Positions 1 through 10,705 of a DNA stretch of 64,000 nucleotides are shown here, piece after piece; within the stretch, counting starts at the first letter, position 1, and each line of letters starts with the position of its first letter. The stretch is from an uncultured Gemmatimonadaceae bacterium (GTDB taxonomy: Bacteria > Gemmatimonadota > Gemmatimonadetes > Gemmatimonadales > Gemmatimonadaceae): contig CAWBOC010000006.1 of NCBI GenBank assembly GCA_963790305.1, positions 384,001 to 448,000 of the forward strand, read 5' to 3'. Below the pieces are notes generated by a model, which saw nothing but the letters and a program-made list of their open reading frames with translations, made no database searches and was not told the origin of the DNA. Position numbers and translations under genes: made by a program.

Positions 1-409
1 TTTCCTCCAGCACCACCCGCCGCTCGAGCTTGAGGTCTTCGGCGCGCAAGAGCGGGCGAAACATCAGGTCGGCAATGACGTCCGCCGCATGTTCGAGGTG
101 CTCGTCCAGCACCCGGGCCTGGTAGGAGGTGTGTTCGCGCGCGGTGTACGCGTCAAGCGCCCCACCGAGGGTCTCGAGCGACAGGGCAATGTCCTTGGCG
201 CTGCGCGTGGGCGTGCCCTTGAACACCATGTGCTCGAGGAGATGTGACACCCCCATGCGATCACGCGGCTCGTGGACCGAGGCCGCGCGGACCCAGGCGC
301 CGAATGCGATCGACCGTACTCCCGGCATGTGCTCGGAGAGTACGGTCAACCCGTTAGGCAGGACCGTCCGGTGAAGCGCGCCCTCCGCGTCGAAGGGCTC
401 GCGGCTCAC
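1..409 (-). CDS. M16 (pitrilysin) family zinc peptidase, 5' part (runs off window)
   Basis: Manual translation from GTG at 409 (GTGA overlap with the pnp stop): LHRTVLPNGLTVLSEHMPG...VSHLLEHMVFKGT (HXXEH inverzincin motif)...LDAYTAREHTSY. Usual position downstream of pnp. Not in the ORF track. Confidence 0.92.
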   Translation of the reverse strand, partial: MSREPFDAEGALHRTVLPNGLTVLSEHMPGVRSIAFGAWVRAASVHEPRDRMGVSHLLEHMVFKGTPTRSAKDIALSLETLGGALDAYTAREHTSYQARVLDEHLEHAADVIADLMFRPLLRAEDLKLERRVVLEE

Positions 410-2715
410 CGCCGCGTGCGGCCGCGCGACGAGCGCCGCGGACCGCGCTCGGCCGGTTCGACACCGGGGCTTCCGTCGCCCTCCGGCTCGCCTTCACCGC
501 CACGCGCCGCGCGCGGCTCGGCCGCCTCACGGCGATGCTCATCGGTCCGACGCGGACGCTCCCCTCCTCGCTCGCCACCGCCCCCCCGGCCGCCACGTCC
601 GCCACCGTTCCCTTCGTCCTCGGCCACGCCTTCCGGCTTGGGCAACAAGGCCTTCATCGAAAGCCGGAGACGTCCGCGCTCATCACGATCGAGGAGCTTC
701 ACCTTCACGCGATCGCCCTTCTTGACGACGTCTTCCGTCTTCTCCGTGCGGCCGTGCTTGAGCTCCGAGATGTGCACGAGCCCCTCGGTGCCTGGCATGA
801 TCTCGACGAAGGCGCCGAAGGCGGTCGTGCTCTTCACGGTGCCTTCGTAGATCTCGCCGATCACTGGCTCCGCCGTGAGCGCCTTGATCATCGCCTTGGC
901 GCGCTCGAGTGCCTCCCCACCAACGGCCGCGATCGTGACGCGCCCCGTATCATCGACGGTGATCTCCGCGCCCGTCTCCTCTTGAATGCCGCGGATCGTC
1001 TTCCCCTTCGGTCCAATGAGGTCGCCGATCTTCTCGGGGCTGATCTGTACGGTGACGATGCGCGGAGCGTACGGCGAGAGATCCGCGCGCGGCTCCGGCA
1101 GCGCCTTGCTCATCTCGCGAAGGATGTGCAGTCGCCCGTCCTTCGCCTGCGCCAGCGCTTCGCGCATGATCTTGAGGTCGAGCCCCTCGACCTTGATGTC
1201 CATCTGGATCGAGGTAATGCCGTTCTCGGTCCCGGCGACCTTGAAGTCCATGTCGCCGAGGTGATCCTCCGTGCCCAGGATATCGGTGAGGATCGCGTAC
1301 TTGCCGCCTTCCGTAATGAGACCCATCGCGACGCCGGCGCATGCACCACGCATGGGGACGCCGGCATCGAACAGCGCCAGCGAGCCACCGCATACGGACG
1401 CCATGGACGAGGAGCCATTCGACTCGAGGATGTCCGACACGATGCGAATCGTGTACGGGAATTCCTCGTACGCTGGCAGGAGCGCCTGCAGTGCCCGCTC
1501 GGCGAGGTTGCCGTGGCCGATCTCGCGGCGGCTCGTGCCGCGGACGGGGCGAACCTCGCCGGTGGAGAACGGCGGGAAGTTGTAATGCAGCATGAACGAC
1601 TTGGTGGACTCGTCAGGCATGTCGATCGAGTCGAGCCGCTGGACGTCCTGCTCGGTACCGAGCGTCGCCGCCACGAGCGCTTGCGTCTGGCCGCGCGTGA
1701 AGAGCGCGGAGCCGTGCGCGCGTGGAAGGATCGGGGCCTGGACCGTGATCGGACGGACCTCGGTCGGCTTGCGACCATCGACCCGTTCGCCGCGCTCGAT
1801 CACCTGCGAGCGGAGCTGGTGGTACTCAACCTCGCCGACCAGATCGGCGACGTCCTTCGTGTTGTCCGGGAAATCGGCGGTGAGCAGCTCGATGACCTGG
1901 CGCTTCACCATCTCGACGGCGTCGACGCGGGCATGCTTCTCCGGCGTGTTGATCGCCTCGCCGATCTTGCCCTGCGCGAGCTCCTTCACGCGCGCCACCA
2001 GATTCTCCGGGTGCGTCACCTTCGTCCACTTCATCTTCTCGACGCGCGTGTTCTTCAGCAGCTCTTCCTGAATCCCGATCAGCTCACGGATGCCTTTCTG
2101 CGCAATCGTGAGCCCCTCGATGACGTCTTCCTCGCTGACCTCGAGCGCGCCACCCTCGACCATCACGATCGAGTCGCGCGATCCGGCGATCACCATGTCG
2201 ATGTCGCTGAACTCGAGCTGCTGGAACGTCGGGTTGATCACCCACTTGTCCTGCAGGCGGCCGAGGCGGACGCCGGCAATCGGGCTGAGGAACGGGATGC
2301 GGGAGGCATTCAGCGCGAACGACACCGCCATCAGGGCCAGGACATCGGCGTCGTTCTCCTGATCGGCGGAGATGACGTAGACGAAGACCTGTACCTCGTT
2401 CTTGAACCCTTCGGGGAAGAGCGGGCGGATCGAGCGATCGATGATGCGCGCCGAGAGGATTTCCTCATCGTGCGGGCGCCCCTCGCGCTTGATGAATCCC
2501 CCCGGAATCTTGCCCGCCGCGTATGACTTCTCCTTGTACTCGACCGTCAAAGGGAAGAACGGAAGCGGGCTCAGGTTCTCGCTGACGGTGACGGCCGCGA
2601 GGACCATGGTATCGCCGTACTGGACGACCGCCGACCCTGCGGCCTGCTTGGCCATGCGTCCGGTCTCGATCGTGAGCTTGCGTCCGGCGAAGACGCGTTC
2701 AATGCGTTGCATCAT
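406..2715 (-). CDS. pnp: Polyribonucleotide nucleotidyltransferase (PNPase)
   Basis: Two RNase PH domains (RSIRPLFP, SRREIGHG, ESNGSSSMAS, GDMDFKVAG) plus KH and S1 domains. Start placed at MMQRIER (2715 or 2712). Confidence 0.98.
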   Translation of the reverse strand: MMQRIERVFAGRKLTIETGRMAKQAAGSAVVQYGDTMVLAAVTVSENLSPLPFFPLTVEYKEKSYAAGKIPGGFIKREGRPHDEEILSARIIDRSIRPLFPEGFKNEVQVFVYVISADQENDADVLALMAVSFALNASRIPFLSPIAGVRLGRLQDKWVINPTFQQLEFSDIDMVIAGSRDSIVMVEGGALEVSEEDVIEGLTIAQKGIRELIGIQEELLKNTRVEKMKWTKVTHPENLVARVKELAQGKIGEAINTPEKHARVDAVEMVKRQVIELLTADFPDNTKDVADLVGEVEYHQLRSQVIERGERVDGRKPTEVRPITVQAPILPRAHGSALFTRGQTQALVAATLGTEQDVQRLDSIDMPDESTKSFMLHYNFPPFSTGEVRPVRGTSRREIGHGNLAERALQALLPAYEEFPYTIRIVSDILESNGSSSMASVCGGSLALFDAGVPMRGACAGVAMGLITEGGKYAILTDILGTEDHLGDMDFKVAGTENGITSIQMDIKVEGLDLKIMREALAQAKDGRLHILREMSKALPEPRADLSPYAPRIVTVQISPEKIGDLIGPKGKTIRGIQEETGAEITVDDTGRVTIAAVGGEALERAKAMIKALTAEPVIGEIYEGTVKSTTAFGAFVEIMPGTEGLVHISELKHGRTEKTEDVVKKGDRVKVKLLDRDERGRLRLSMKALLPKPEGVAEDEGNGGGRGGRGGGGERGGERPRRTDEHRREAAEPRAARGGEGEPEGDGSPGVEPAERGPRRSSRGRTRR

Positions 2716-2733
2716 GAATGGATCAGGTAGGAG

Positions 2734-2774
2734 AAAACACAAAACGCGCGGGGGCCATGTTGGGCGCCCGCGCG
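2734..2774 (-). terminator. Hairpin with U-rich tail between rpsO and pnp
   Basis: CGCGCGGG...CCCGCGCG stem followed on the minus strand by TTTTGTGTTTT. Confidence 0.6.
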
Positions 2775-2793
2775 AATGTGAAAGACCGCGAAA

Positions 2794-3054
2794 TTAGTGC
2801 CGGAGACCAAGATCCTGAATGAGCTGCCGATAGGTCTCCAGTTCGGTCCGCTTCATGTACTCCAGAAGCCGGCGTCGCTTGCCGACCATCTTCAGCAGAC
2901 CCTGCCGCGAGTGGTGGTCCTTCTGATGAGTACGGAAGTGGTCCGTGAGGTAGTTGATGCGCTCGGTGAGCAGAGCAACCTGCACCTTGGAGGATCCGGT
3001 GTCCGAGGCGTGGGCCTTGTATTTCTGGATCGTCGATGCTTTTTCGAAAGCCAT
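2794..3054 (-). CDS. rpsO: 30S ribosomal protein S15
   Basis: [13 protein letters not shown]...[22 protein letters not shown] signature; upstream of pnp. Confidence 0.99.
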   Translation of the reverse strand: MAFEKASTIQKYKAHASDTGSSKVQVALLTERINYLTDHFRTHQKDHHSRQGLLKMVGKRRRLLEYMKRTELETYRQLIQDLGLRH

Positions 3055-3111
3055 GCTATATATTCTCCGATACCACCAGGCGCTGAGCGCCGGAATTCGT
3101 TGAAGCAGAGT

Positions 3112-3140
3112 AATTTACCCGTCGCTCACCCCCTTGTAAA
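3112..3140 (-). promoter_or_regulatory. Sigma70-type promoter of rpsO
   Basis: TTTACA-N17-TAAATT on the minus strand. Confidence 0.55.
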
Positions 3141-3151
3141 GGCACCCTGCA

Positions 3152-4723
3152 TTGCCTGAGCGCTATATCGGCCGCTACCTGGGCCGTTTCCGCATTGACG
3201 CGCTCGTCGGGTCTGGCGGATTCGCCTGGGTCTACAAGGGATACGACCCTGAGCTCGACGTTCCGGTCGCGCTCAAGGTCTTGAAGCCGCAGTTCGCCGG
3301 CGACGAGATGTTCGAGACTCGCTTCCGGCGCGAGGCCTCCACAGCGGCCAAGCTGCGTCACCCGAACATCATCAAGATCCTGGCGGTCGGCCGCGAGGGC
3401 GAGGCGGTCTATTTCGTCATGGACTACCTGTCGCAGGGCCTGGTCGACCGGCTGCGTGTGATGGGGACTCTGCCCGAGCACATGCTGGTCCGGGTTGGCT
3501 TCGACGTCGCCAGCGCCCTGGGATTCGCCCACCGCCAGGGCGTCATCCACCGCGACGTGAAGGTCGACAACATCATGTTCGATGACCACGGAAACGCCGT
3601 CGTCACCGACTTCGGTATCGCTCGCGCCGTCAGCAAGTACGCCGAGCAGACCGGTACCAACATGGTCGTGGGGACGCCGCAGTATTTCTCGCCCGAGCAG
3701 GCGCGCGGTCTCCCGCTCGATGGTCGCGCGGACCTCTACTCGCTTGGCGTCACGCTCTTCAAGTCGGCTACCGGCGTGCTGCCGTTCCAGGGCGACGACT
3801 GGTACGAGATCGCCCGCCAGCACGTCGAGGACGAGCCCCCGCGCCCGCGCGATCTCAACCCGTCGCTGTCCAAGGGCCTCGAGCGCATCATCCTCCGATG
3901 CCTCGAGAAAGAGCCTGACGAGCGCTTCGCCAACGGCGAAGCGTTGTGCACGGAGCTGTCGCACCTGCTGCCGGATCGCGGTGAGGTGACGTCGGCCCGG
4001 ACGCTGATGATTCCCGCGACCGACACGCTGGAGCGGACCACCGGCCGTCACCCGATACGTCGTGCGGTACGTCGGATTCGACGCAGAGGGGTCGTGCTCG
4101 CGGCCGTCGGCGCTGTCGCGGCTGTGGGCGTCCTCTCAGCGACCCTCCGCTCTCGGCGATCCGACTCGGAGGCTGTCGCCGCACCGTTCACCGTCAACAA
4201 TAGCCCGCCACCGGATTCAGCGCCCCGCGGTGCCGTCGCGCCGCCACCGCGTCCCGTGGTCGAGATCGTCGCGCCGGGCGAGGCAACGGTGTCGGTAAAT
4301 GGAATGGATGTTGGACGGGGACGCTGGCGCGCCGACACGCTCAAGCCCGGCCAATACGTGCTCGCGGCGAGCGTGCGGTCCCTCACCCGCTGCGCGAGCG
4401 CGCGCCACGTCGATACGATCTACCTGCGCGAGACGGGCGACACCAGCGTTACGCTTCGGCCGCGGCCCTGCGGCTTCCTGGCCGTCGCCTCCACGCCGGA
4501 GGTCGCCGAGTTCTCGGTGATGACGGCCAACGGGTCGAGCGTAAAGACCGGGTTTCTTCCCGATCCCGACTCGCTACTGCTTCCCGTCGGCCAATACAAG
4601 CTTCGCGTGCGCGCGCGGTATTGCTCTACCTTCGAGGACTCCGTCCGCATCGAGTCGGGCAAGACGAACCGGCAGCAGATTCCAATGATTTGCGTGGATT
4701 CGACGCAGGCCAAGACGGGATAG
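3152..4723 (+). CDS. Hanks-type Ser/Thr protein kinase with TM segment and extracellular PEGA-like beta domains
   Basis: GSGGFAWVY, VALKVL, HRDVKVDN, DFG and GTPQYFSPE motifs; hydrophobic stretch VVLAAVGAVAAVGVLS; TTG start. Confidence 0.93.
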   Translation: MPERYIGRYLGRFRIDALVGSGGFAWVYKGYDPELDVPVALKVLKPQFAGDEMFETRFRREASTAAKLRHPNIIKILAVGREGEAVYFVMDYLSQGLVDRLRVMGTLPEHMLVRVGFDVASALGFAHRQGVIHRDVKVDNIMFDDHGNAVVTDFGIARAVSKYAEQTGTNMVVGTPQYFSPEQARGLPLDGRADLYSLGVTLFKSATGVLPFQGDDWYEIARQHVEDEPPRPRDLNPSLSKGLERIILRCLEKEPDERFANGEALCTELSHLLPDRGEVTSARTLMIPATDTLERTTGRHPIRRAVRRIRRRGVVLAAVGAVAAVGVLSATLRSRRSDSEAVAAPFTVNNSPPPDSAPRGAVAPPPRPVVEIVAPGEATVSVNGMDVGRGRWRADTLKPGQYVLAASVRSLTRCASARHVDTIYLRETGDTSVTLRPRPCGFLAVASTPEVAEFSVMTANGSSVKTGFLPDPDSLLLPVGQYKLRVRARYCSTFEDSVRIESGKTNRQQIPMICVDSTQAKTG

Positions 4724-4726
4724 CAC

Positions 4727-5146
4727 CTAACGACCAGCGGCCCCCAGCCCGAACCCCGCCGCAACTCCGAACAGCACCCCGAGCCAGAACGACCGCCGCC
4801 TGTGCCATGGCGGCGCCGGGGGCGGCGGCTGGTCCAGGAGCGCGACGTGGTCGGTCGTGACCCGCGTCGTCATGCCGGTAATCAGCCCCATCGCGTTCGC
4901 GGAGTCGGCAGCAATGATCTGAAAGCGCGCGATCAGCACGTCGCGCTGCCGCGGATCGACGACGATCCCGTACTGGCCGGGACGCACCCAGGGATGCCTC
5001 CCGACCACGAGTGTGAACGTGCTGTCGCCCGCGCTGGCGATCTCGAACCGTGCCGAGGTCTCCTGCGCGCGCCCCTCGTCAGGCGCGGCGGACGCGACCG
5101 CGGCCAGGAGAAGCGCGGTGCGCACCCATCGCACTAGCGAATCCAT
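4727..5146 (-). CDS. Hypothetical exported protein with C-terminal membrane anchor
   Basis: N-terminal signal-like segment and C-terminal FWLGVLFGVAAGFGLG; overlaps the rseP stop. Confidence 0.7.
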   Translation of the reverse strand: MDSLVRWVRTALLLAAVASAAPDEGRAQETSARFEIASAGDSTFTLVVGRHPWVRPGQYGIVVDPRQRDVLIARFQIIAADSANAMGLITGMTTRVTTDHVALLDQPPPPAPPWHRRRSFWLGVLFGVAAGFGLGAAGR

Positions 5147-6621
5147 CGCGCGAGATCACCAGCGACACGACGAAGGTCGTTGAACATCGCCAGGGCGAAA
5201 ATGAGCGCGATCATTGCCAGCCCGAAGCGCATCATGTACTCGCGCGAACGCAGACTGAACGGCGATCCCTTGACCGCCTGCAAGAGGTTGATGAGGATCT
5301 GCCCGCCATCGAGAATGGGAATGGGAAGCAGGTTGAAGATGGCGACGTTGATGCTCAGGAACGCCGTCAGCTGAAGCAGCTGCGCGAATCCACCGGCGGC
5401 AGCCTCGCCGGACGCTCGTGCAATAGCGATCGGTCCACCCAGCTGATCGGTCGACAGGCGCCGGGTCACGAGACGATGGAGAACGTCGACGACCGAGCCC
5501 GCCATGTCCCACGTCGCTTCCCATCCCGACCCAATCGCCTCGCCCAGAGAGACCGGCTCACGTCGATTCTCGACACGATTGCCGACCCCAATCCGTCCGG
5601 TCAGGACCTCTCGGCCGTTGTCGTCGCGCTGACGAGCCGAGTCGGGAACCACCGTGACCGTGACGCGCTCCCCTCCCCGCATCACCTCGACCGGGAGTGG
5701 TCGGCCCGGCGACTGCCGAATCTGCTCGACGGCGGCGGACCAGCCGTCCACGGACTGCCCCCCAACGGCGACGAGGCTGTCTCCTGCACGTATGCCGGCC
5801 CGCGCCGCCGGTGAGCCTGCCTCCACGCGGTCGATCACCGCTGGAAGCTGCGGCGTCAGCATTGTGACGAGGTCGCGCCGCGCGACGGCGCTGTCACCAT
5901 CGAGGGGCAGCGCGACAATCCCCCGCGACGTGCGGATCACCGCCGAGTCCCCGTCCGCGCGCGCGAGACCCTCGAGAATGTCCCCCCACGTCTCGATCGC
6001 ACGATCGTCGACCGCTATGACCGTATCCCCACGCTGGAACCGGCTGGCGTAGGGACGTGCCCAGTCGGCGTCGGTCACCGCACCGATTACGCGAGTGGGA
6101 ATGATCGGGCGGCCATAGTATGCCGCGAGCGCACTGAGCACGAGGAAGCCCAGCACAATGTTCATGCTGACGCCCGCGACCATGATGAAGAGTCGCGCCA
6201 GAAGGCTCTTCGATTCGAAGAGACGATGCTCCGGCACCGGGATCGGCCCAAAGGGAGCGAGCGCGTTTGGATCCCAGTCGGCGGGGCGCTTCTCCTCCTC
6301 GATCACCCGTGCTCCGCTCCCGCCCACCGTCTCGGGAGCGACCGCGGGTTTCTCACCGCCCCCTTCGAGCGCCGCCATGGTCTCGTCTTCCTTCGAGGCC
6401 ATGCGAACGTACCCGCCTAACGGGATCGCGGCGAGGATGTATTCCGTCTCGCCCCAGCGCCGGCGCCACAGCGCTTTCCCGAACCCGATCGAGAATCGCG
6501 GCGCGTACACGCCCGTCAGCTTCGCGGCGATGAAGTGGCCGAGCTCGTGGACGAAGACGACGACCCCGAGCACGAACACGAACGCCAGGATTGTCCGGAA
6601 TGGATCGAACCAGTCTAGCAT
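5134..6621 (-). CDS. rseP: RIP metalloprotease RseP (M50, two PDZ domains)
   Basis: HELGH, PLGGYVRM and NLLPIPILDGG motifs; follows dxr. Confidence 0.96.
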   Translation of the reverse strand: MLDWFDPFRTILAFVFVLGVVVFVHELGHFIAAKLTGVYAPRFSIGFGKALWRRRWGETEYILAAIPLGGYVRMASKEDETMAALEGGGEKPAVAPETVGGSGARVIEEEKRPADWDPNALAPFGPIPVPEHRLFESKSLLARLFIMVAGVSMNIVLGFLVLSALAAYYGRPIIPTRVIGAVTDADWARPYASRFQRGDTVIAVDDRAIETWGDILEGLARADGDSAVIRTSRGIVALPLDGDSAVARRDLVTMLTPQLPAVIDRVEAGSPAARAGIRAGDSLVAVGGQSVDGWSAAVEQIRQSPGRPLPVEVMRGGERVTVTVVPDSARQRDDNGREVLTGRIGVGNRVENRREPVSLGEAIGSGWEATWDMAGSVVDVLHRLVTRRLSTDQLGGPIAIARASGEAAAGGFAQLLQLTAFLSINVAIFNLLPIPILDGGQILINLLQAVKGSPFSLRSREYMMRFGLAMIALIFALAMFNDLRRVAGDLARWIR

Positions 6622-7749
6622 GCGAACAGCTCTCTCACGTGACGTCGTGCAGCCGCATCGGCCTCCAGCAACGCGTCGCGAGAGTGCGACGCCGCCGTCC
6701 CTTCTGCCGCGAGCGCCGACTCGATCGCGCGCGGTATCTCTCCGAACTGTATACGTCCCTCCAGGAACAGCGACACTGCCTGCTCGTTGGCGGCATTGAA
6801 GACCGCTGGCGCTGCCCCGCCCGCTCGACCCGCCTGCACACCCATTCGAAGCGCCGGGAAATCCTCGTGCCGCACCCGCTCGAACGTGAGCGGCGAGAGC
6901 TCCACCGGATCGAACGGTGGTACACCGGTATCGGCGATTCGTCCCGGATGCGTCAAGGCGTAGAGCACCGGGAGCTCCATACTCGGAACCCCGAGCTGCG
7001 CCAGAACGCTCCCATCGACGAACTCCACGAACGAGTGCACTACACTCTGCGGATGTACCACCACCTCGATCCGATCATACGGGAGCCCAAACAGGAAGTG
7101 TGCCTCGATCACCTCGAGCGCCTTGTTGGCCAACGTCGCGCTATCAATGGTGATCTTCCGCCCCATGCGCCACGTCGGGTGGCGCAGCGCATCGGCCACT
7201 GTCGCGCGCTCGAGACGCTCGCGCGACCACCCGCGAAACGGACCGCCCGATGCCGTCAGCACCAGACGGCGAACGTCCGTACCAACGCGCCCGGTGAGAC
7301 ATTGCAAGAATGGCACTGTGCTCGCTGTCGACGGGGACGATTTCTCCCCCACCCCGCTGACAGGCGTCGGCAACGAGCGCACCAGCCATGACCAGCGTCT
7401 CCTTGTTCGCCAACGCCACACGCTTCCCGGCGGATAACGCCGCCAACGTCGCATCCAGCCCCGCCGCTCCGACCACGGCATTCAGCACGATCGAGGCGTC
7501 CTCGTGCATGGCCGCCTCGACGAGGCAGGACGGGCCATGACGCCATTCACGATGGTCCTCGGCGCCGTTCTGTACGATGCCCACGAACGATGGTCCAAAC
7601 TCGCGGGCCTGCTCCTGCAGCAGCGCCGCGTTGGAATGGGCCGTGAGCGCGGCGACGTAAAACGCGTCGGCGTGTCGGCCGAGGACGCGAAGCGCCGTCG
7701 TGCCGATCGAGCCAGTCGACCCAAGGACGGCCACGCCGCGGCGTGTCAC
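6615..7749 (-). CDS. dxr: 1-deoxy-D-xylulose-5-phosphate reductoisomerase, split by a +1 indel near 7306-7311
   Basis: GSTGSIG, LANKE and PVDSEHSAI in one frame; LQCL..LTASGGPFR..HPTWRMGRKITIDSATLANKALE in the next. GTG start overlaps the cdsA stop. Confidence 0.93.
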
Positions 7750-8666
7750 TGCGGCGCCGGGATCAGCCATACGTTCAGGAGCCAGTAGGCCACGGGCAAC
7801 GCGAATAGCATCCCATCAATGCGGTCCAGGACACCGCCGTGACCGGGAATGATGTGCGAGCTGTCCTTCACCCCTGCCTGTCGCTTGATAAGGGACTCCG
7901 CGAGATCGCCGAGCTGCACGGCGGTGCTCACGGCGATGCCGAAGAGTACAGCGTGGACCGGACGAAGACCGAGCTGTGCCTGGGGAATCAGTACGAATCG
8001 CACCAGGGCCCAGCTCGCGATCGCGGTGGCGAGAAGAGCGCCCACTGCGCCCGCGACGGTCTTCCCGGGACTCACCGAGGGAATGAGCTTGCGCCTCCCC
8101 ATCGTCTTTCCGACGACGTAGGCGCCGGTGTCGGAGATCCAGACGAGCACGAGCGGCAGCATCAGCAACGCGGTTCCTGCGGCTCTCCCGATCGCGTACT
8201 GGTGATATCGCAACACATACGCGAACGAGAGCAGGGCTCCGGTATACAGGATACCGAACACCGTGAGCGACACGGATTCGAGCGCGCGTCCGTTCACGCC
8301 GCGAACGAATATCGCGGCGCTGAACAATCCAACGACGAGCACTGCACCCAGCAATGGCGAAACGACGGCGTCGACCTGAAGGCCGAGATATCGCGCGTGG
8401 ACCGCCAGTGGAAGCACGGCCGCGATCGCGATTCCCGCCCGCGCCATGGGACGCGTGCCAAGCTTCTCCGCGATGCGGTAGAATTCCCAAGCAGCGAGCG
8501 CACTCGCGATCGCGAGGATACTCGCGAGCGCCCAATCGCCGAACCACACCGCCGCCAGAACCATCGGAATCGCGACGAGCGCGAACAGCGTCCGCTGCGC
8601 GAGATTCGAGAGGCCGCCCTGCGCAGAGGGGACCCTCTCGCGCGGCGGTGTGCTGGCGTCAGTCAT
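7746..8666 (-). CDS. cdsA: Phosphatidate cytidylyltransferase
   Basis: Multi-TM protein with SPGKTVAG and GDLAESLIKRQAGVKDSSHIIPGHGGVLDRIDG motifs. Confidence 0.96.
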   Translation of the reverse strand: MTDASTPPRERVPSAQGGLSNLAQRTLFALVAIPMVLAAVWFGDWALASILAIASALAAWEFYRIAEKLGTRPMARAGIAIAAVLPLAVHARYLGLQVDAVVSPLLGAVLVVGLFSAAIFVRGVNGRALESVSLTVFGILYTGALLSFAYVLRYHQYAIGRAAGTALLMLPLVLVWISDTGAYVVGKTMGRRKLIPSVSPGKTVAGAVGALLATAIASWALVRFVLIPQAQLGLRPVHAVLFGIAVSTAVQLGDLAESLIKRQAGVKDSSHIIPGHGGVLDRIDGMLFALPVAYWLLNVWLIPAPQ

Positions 8667-8682
8667 GATGGGCAACCGCCGG

Positions 8683-9426
8683 TCAGGCGGTGACCTTTCC
8701 GAAGCGCCGCTCGCGGCTTTGATACTCCAGGATCGCGGCGTACAGATCGCGGCGCGTGAAGTCGGGCCACATCACGGGAATGATGTGCAGCTCCGTGTAC
8801 GCGAGCTGCCAGAGCATGAAGTTCGAGATGCGCTGCTCGCCGGAGGTGCGAATCAGCAGGTCCGGGTCGGGGCTTCCATTGGTGTAGAGATGCGCGCGGA
8901 ACGCGTTCTCATCGATGTCGGCCGGGTCCAGACTGCCCTCGGCAGCTGCTTCGGCCAGTCGGCGTGCGGCGCGAACCAGCTCGGCGCGCGCGCCGTACGA
9001 AATGAAGAGCTGCACGGTGAGTCGATCGTTATGGGCGGTGGCATCCATCACGCCGTCGACTGCCTGACGAGCGCCGGCGGCCAACCGCTCCAGATCGCCC
9101 AGAACACGCACGCGAACGCCGTTGGCAATGAGCTCGGCCTTCTCCCGCTCGACGTACTCCTCGAGCAGCGACATGAGCGCGGTGACCTCGGTAGGCGGCC
9201 GCTGCCAATTCTCCTGCGAGAACGCAAACAGCGAGAGCACCTCGAGCCCCGCCTGGATGGAGCCCTCGACGGCCTCGCGCACCGACTTCATGCCGTTGCG
9301 GTGACCCAGCGCCCGCGGCAAGTGACGCTCGCGTGCCCAACGGCCGTTGCCATCCATGATGATGGCGACGTGGCGGGGAACGGCGCCGTTCAGACGAATG
9401 CGCGCGAGGAGCTCATCGGAGGTCAT
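8683..9426 (-). CDS. uppS: Undecaprenyl diphosphate synthase (isoprenyl transferase)
   Basis: HVAIIMDGNGRWA, FSQENWQRP and DLLIRTSGEQRISNFMLWQ motifs. Confidence 0.98.
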   Translation of the reverse strand: MTSDELLARIRLNGAVPRHVAIIMDGNGRWARERHLPRALGHRNGMKSVREAVEGSIQAGLEVLSLFAFSQENWQRPPTEVTALMSLLEEYVEREKAELIANGVRVRVLGDLERLAAGARQAVDGVMDATAHNDRLTVQLFISYGARAELVRAARRLAEAAAEGSLDPADIDENAFRAHLYTNGSPDPDLLIRTSGEQRISNFMLWQLAYTELHIIPVMWPDFTRRDLYAAILEYQSRERRFGKVTA

Positions 9427-9433
9427 TCCTTGC

Positions 9434-9988
9434 TCACACCTCCATGATCTCAGCCTCTTTCGCTTTCAGCAGCTCGTCGATCTTGTGGATGAAATCGTCG
9501 TGCAGCTTCTGCAAATCCTTCTCGGCGTGCTTCTTGTCGTCCTCTGAGACCTTGTCGAGCTTTTTGATCGCCTCGCGCCCATGCGTGCGAGCATGACGGA
9601 CCGCAATGCGCCCTTCCTCCGCCAGCTTGTGCACGATCTTCACCAGATCGCGGCGACGCTCCTCGTTGAGCGCTGGCAGCGGGACGCGGATGACGTTGCC
9701 CGCCGTCGCGGGATTGAGCCCGAGGTCCGAATCCCGAATCGCCTTTTCGATCGCGTGTGCGAGTCCCTTGTCCCACGGCGTCACCGTCAGAAGCCTCGGC
9801 TCCGGCGCAGCGACCGCGGCCACCTGGTTCAGCGACATGTGCTGGCCGTAGGCTTCCACACGTATCGTGTCGAGCAGATTCGGTGACGCCTTTCCGCTAC
9901 GAATGGATCCGAATTCCCGGCGCGAGCTCTCGAGCGCCTTTTCCATCGCGGTGCGCGTGTCCTTCAGAATCTGGGGTATGGTGCTCAT
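9434..9988 (-). CDS. frr: Ribosome recycling factor
   Basis: [14 protein letters not shown] and [13 protein letters not shown]; tsf-pyrH-frr-uppS synteny. Confidence 0.98.
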   Translation of the reverse strand: MSTIPQILKDTRTAMEKALESSRREFGSIRSGKASPNLLDTIRVEAYGQHMSLNQVAAVAAPEPRLLTVTPWDKGLAHAIEKAIRDSDLGLNPATAGNVIRVPLPALNEERRRDLVKIVHKLAEEGRIAVRHARTHGREAIKKLDKVSEDDKKHAEKDLQKLHDDFIHKIDELLKAKEAEIMEV

Positions 9989-10698
9989 TGGACGAGAGTG
10001 CCGACGCGCTCGCCCGATACCGCGCTCGCGACGGCGCCGTTCTTGTGGATGTTGAGCACGATGAGCGGAAGCTTGTTTTCCGCACAGAGCGTGATCGCGG
10101 TCTGATCCATCACGCGGAGCTCCTGGAGCATCACATCCCGGTAGCTGATCGTTTCGTAGAAGCGCGCGGCCGGATCGGTCTTGGGATCGGCCGAGTAGAC
10201 GCCATCCACGCTCGTCGCCTTGATGATCACCTCGGCCTTCATCTGGATGGCACGCAGCACTGCGGCGGTGTCGGTCGAAAAGTACGGGTTCCCCGTACCA
10301 GCCGCAAAGATCACGGTGCGCCCTTTCTCGAAATGACGCAACGCCCGGCGTCTGATGTACGGCTCGGCCACCTCCTCCATGCGGATGGCGGTCATCACAC
10401 GGGTGACGACTCCTTTGCGCTCCAGCACATCCTGCAGCGCAAGCGCATTGATGACGGTCCCGAGCATTCCCATGTAGTCGGAGCCGACGCGGTCCATCCC
10501 CATCTTGGCGAGCTGGGACCCGCGGACAATGTTGCCGCCGCCGACCACCAGGCCGACGGCGACACCCATATCGGAAACGCGCTTCACCTCATCGGCGAGC
10601 CGTCCGACCGTCCCGAAGTCGAAGCCGAACCCTTTGTCGCCGGCCAACGCCTCACCGGACAGCTTGAGGAGAATCCGGCGATAGCGCAGCTCCGTCAC
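9985..10698 (-). CDS. pyrH: UMP kinase
   Basis: [26 protein letters not shown] and [11 protein letters not shown] start at 10698. Confidence 0.98.
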   Translation of the reverse strand: MTELRYRRILLKLSGEALAGDKGFGFDFGTVGRLADEVKRVSDMGVAVGLVVGGGNIVRGSQLAKMGMDRVGSDYMGMLGTVINALALQDVLERKGVVTRVMTAIRMEEVAEPYIRRRALRHFEKGRTVIFAAGTGNPYFSTDTAAVLRAIQMKAEVIIKATSVDGVYSADPKTDPAARFYETISYRDVMLQELRVMDQTAITLCAENKLPLIVLNIHKNGAVASAVSGERVGTLVQ

Positions 10699-10705
10699 GC
10701 GAGAG

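Noticed and set aside
535..2526. Long antisense ORFs (663 aa here; also 18968..20458, 46818..48602, 58144..59448, 61242..62618)
   Set aside because: They are shadows of well-identified genes on the opposite strand, expected at high GC with biased codon use, and show no recognisable motifs.
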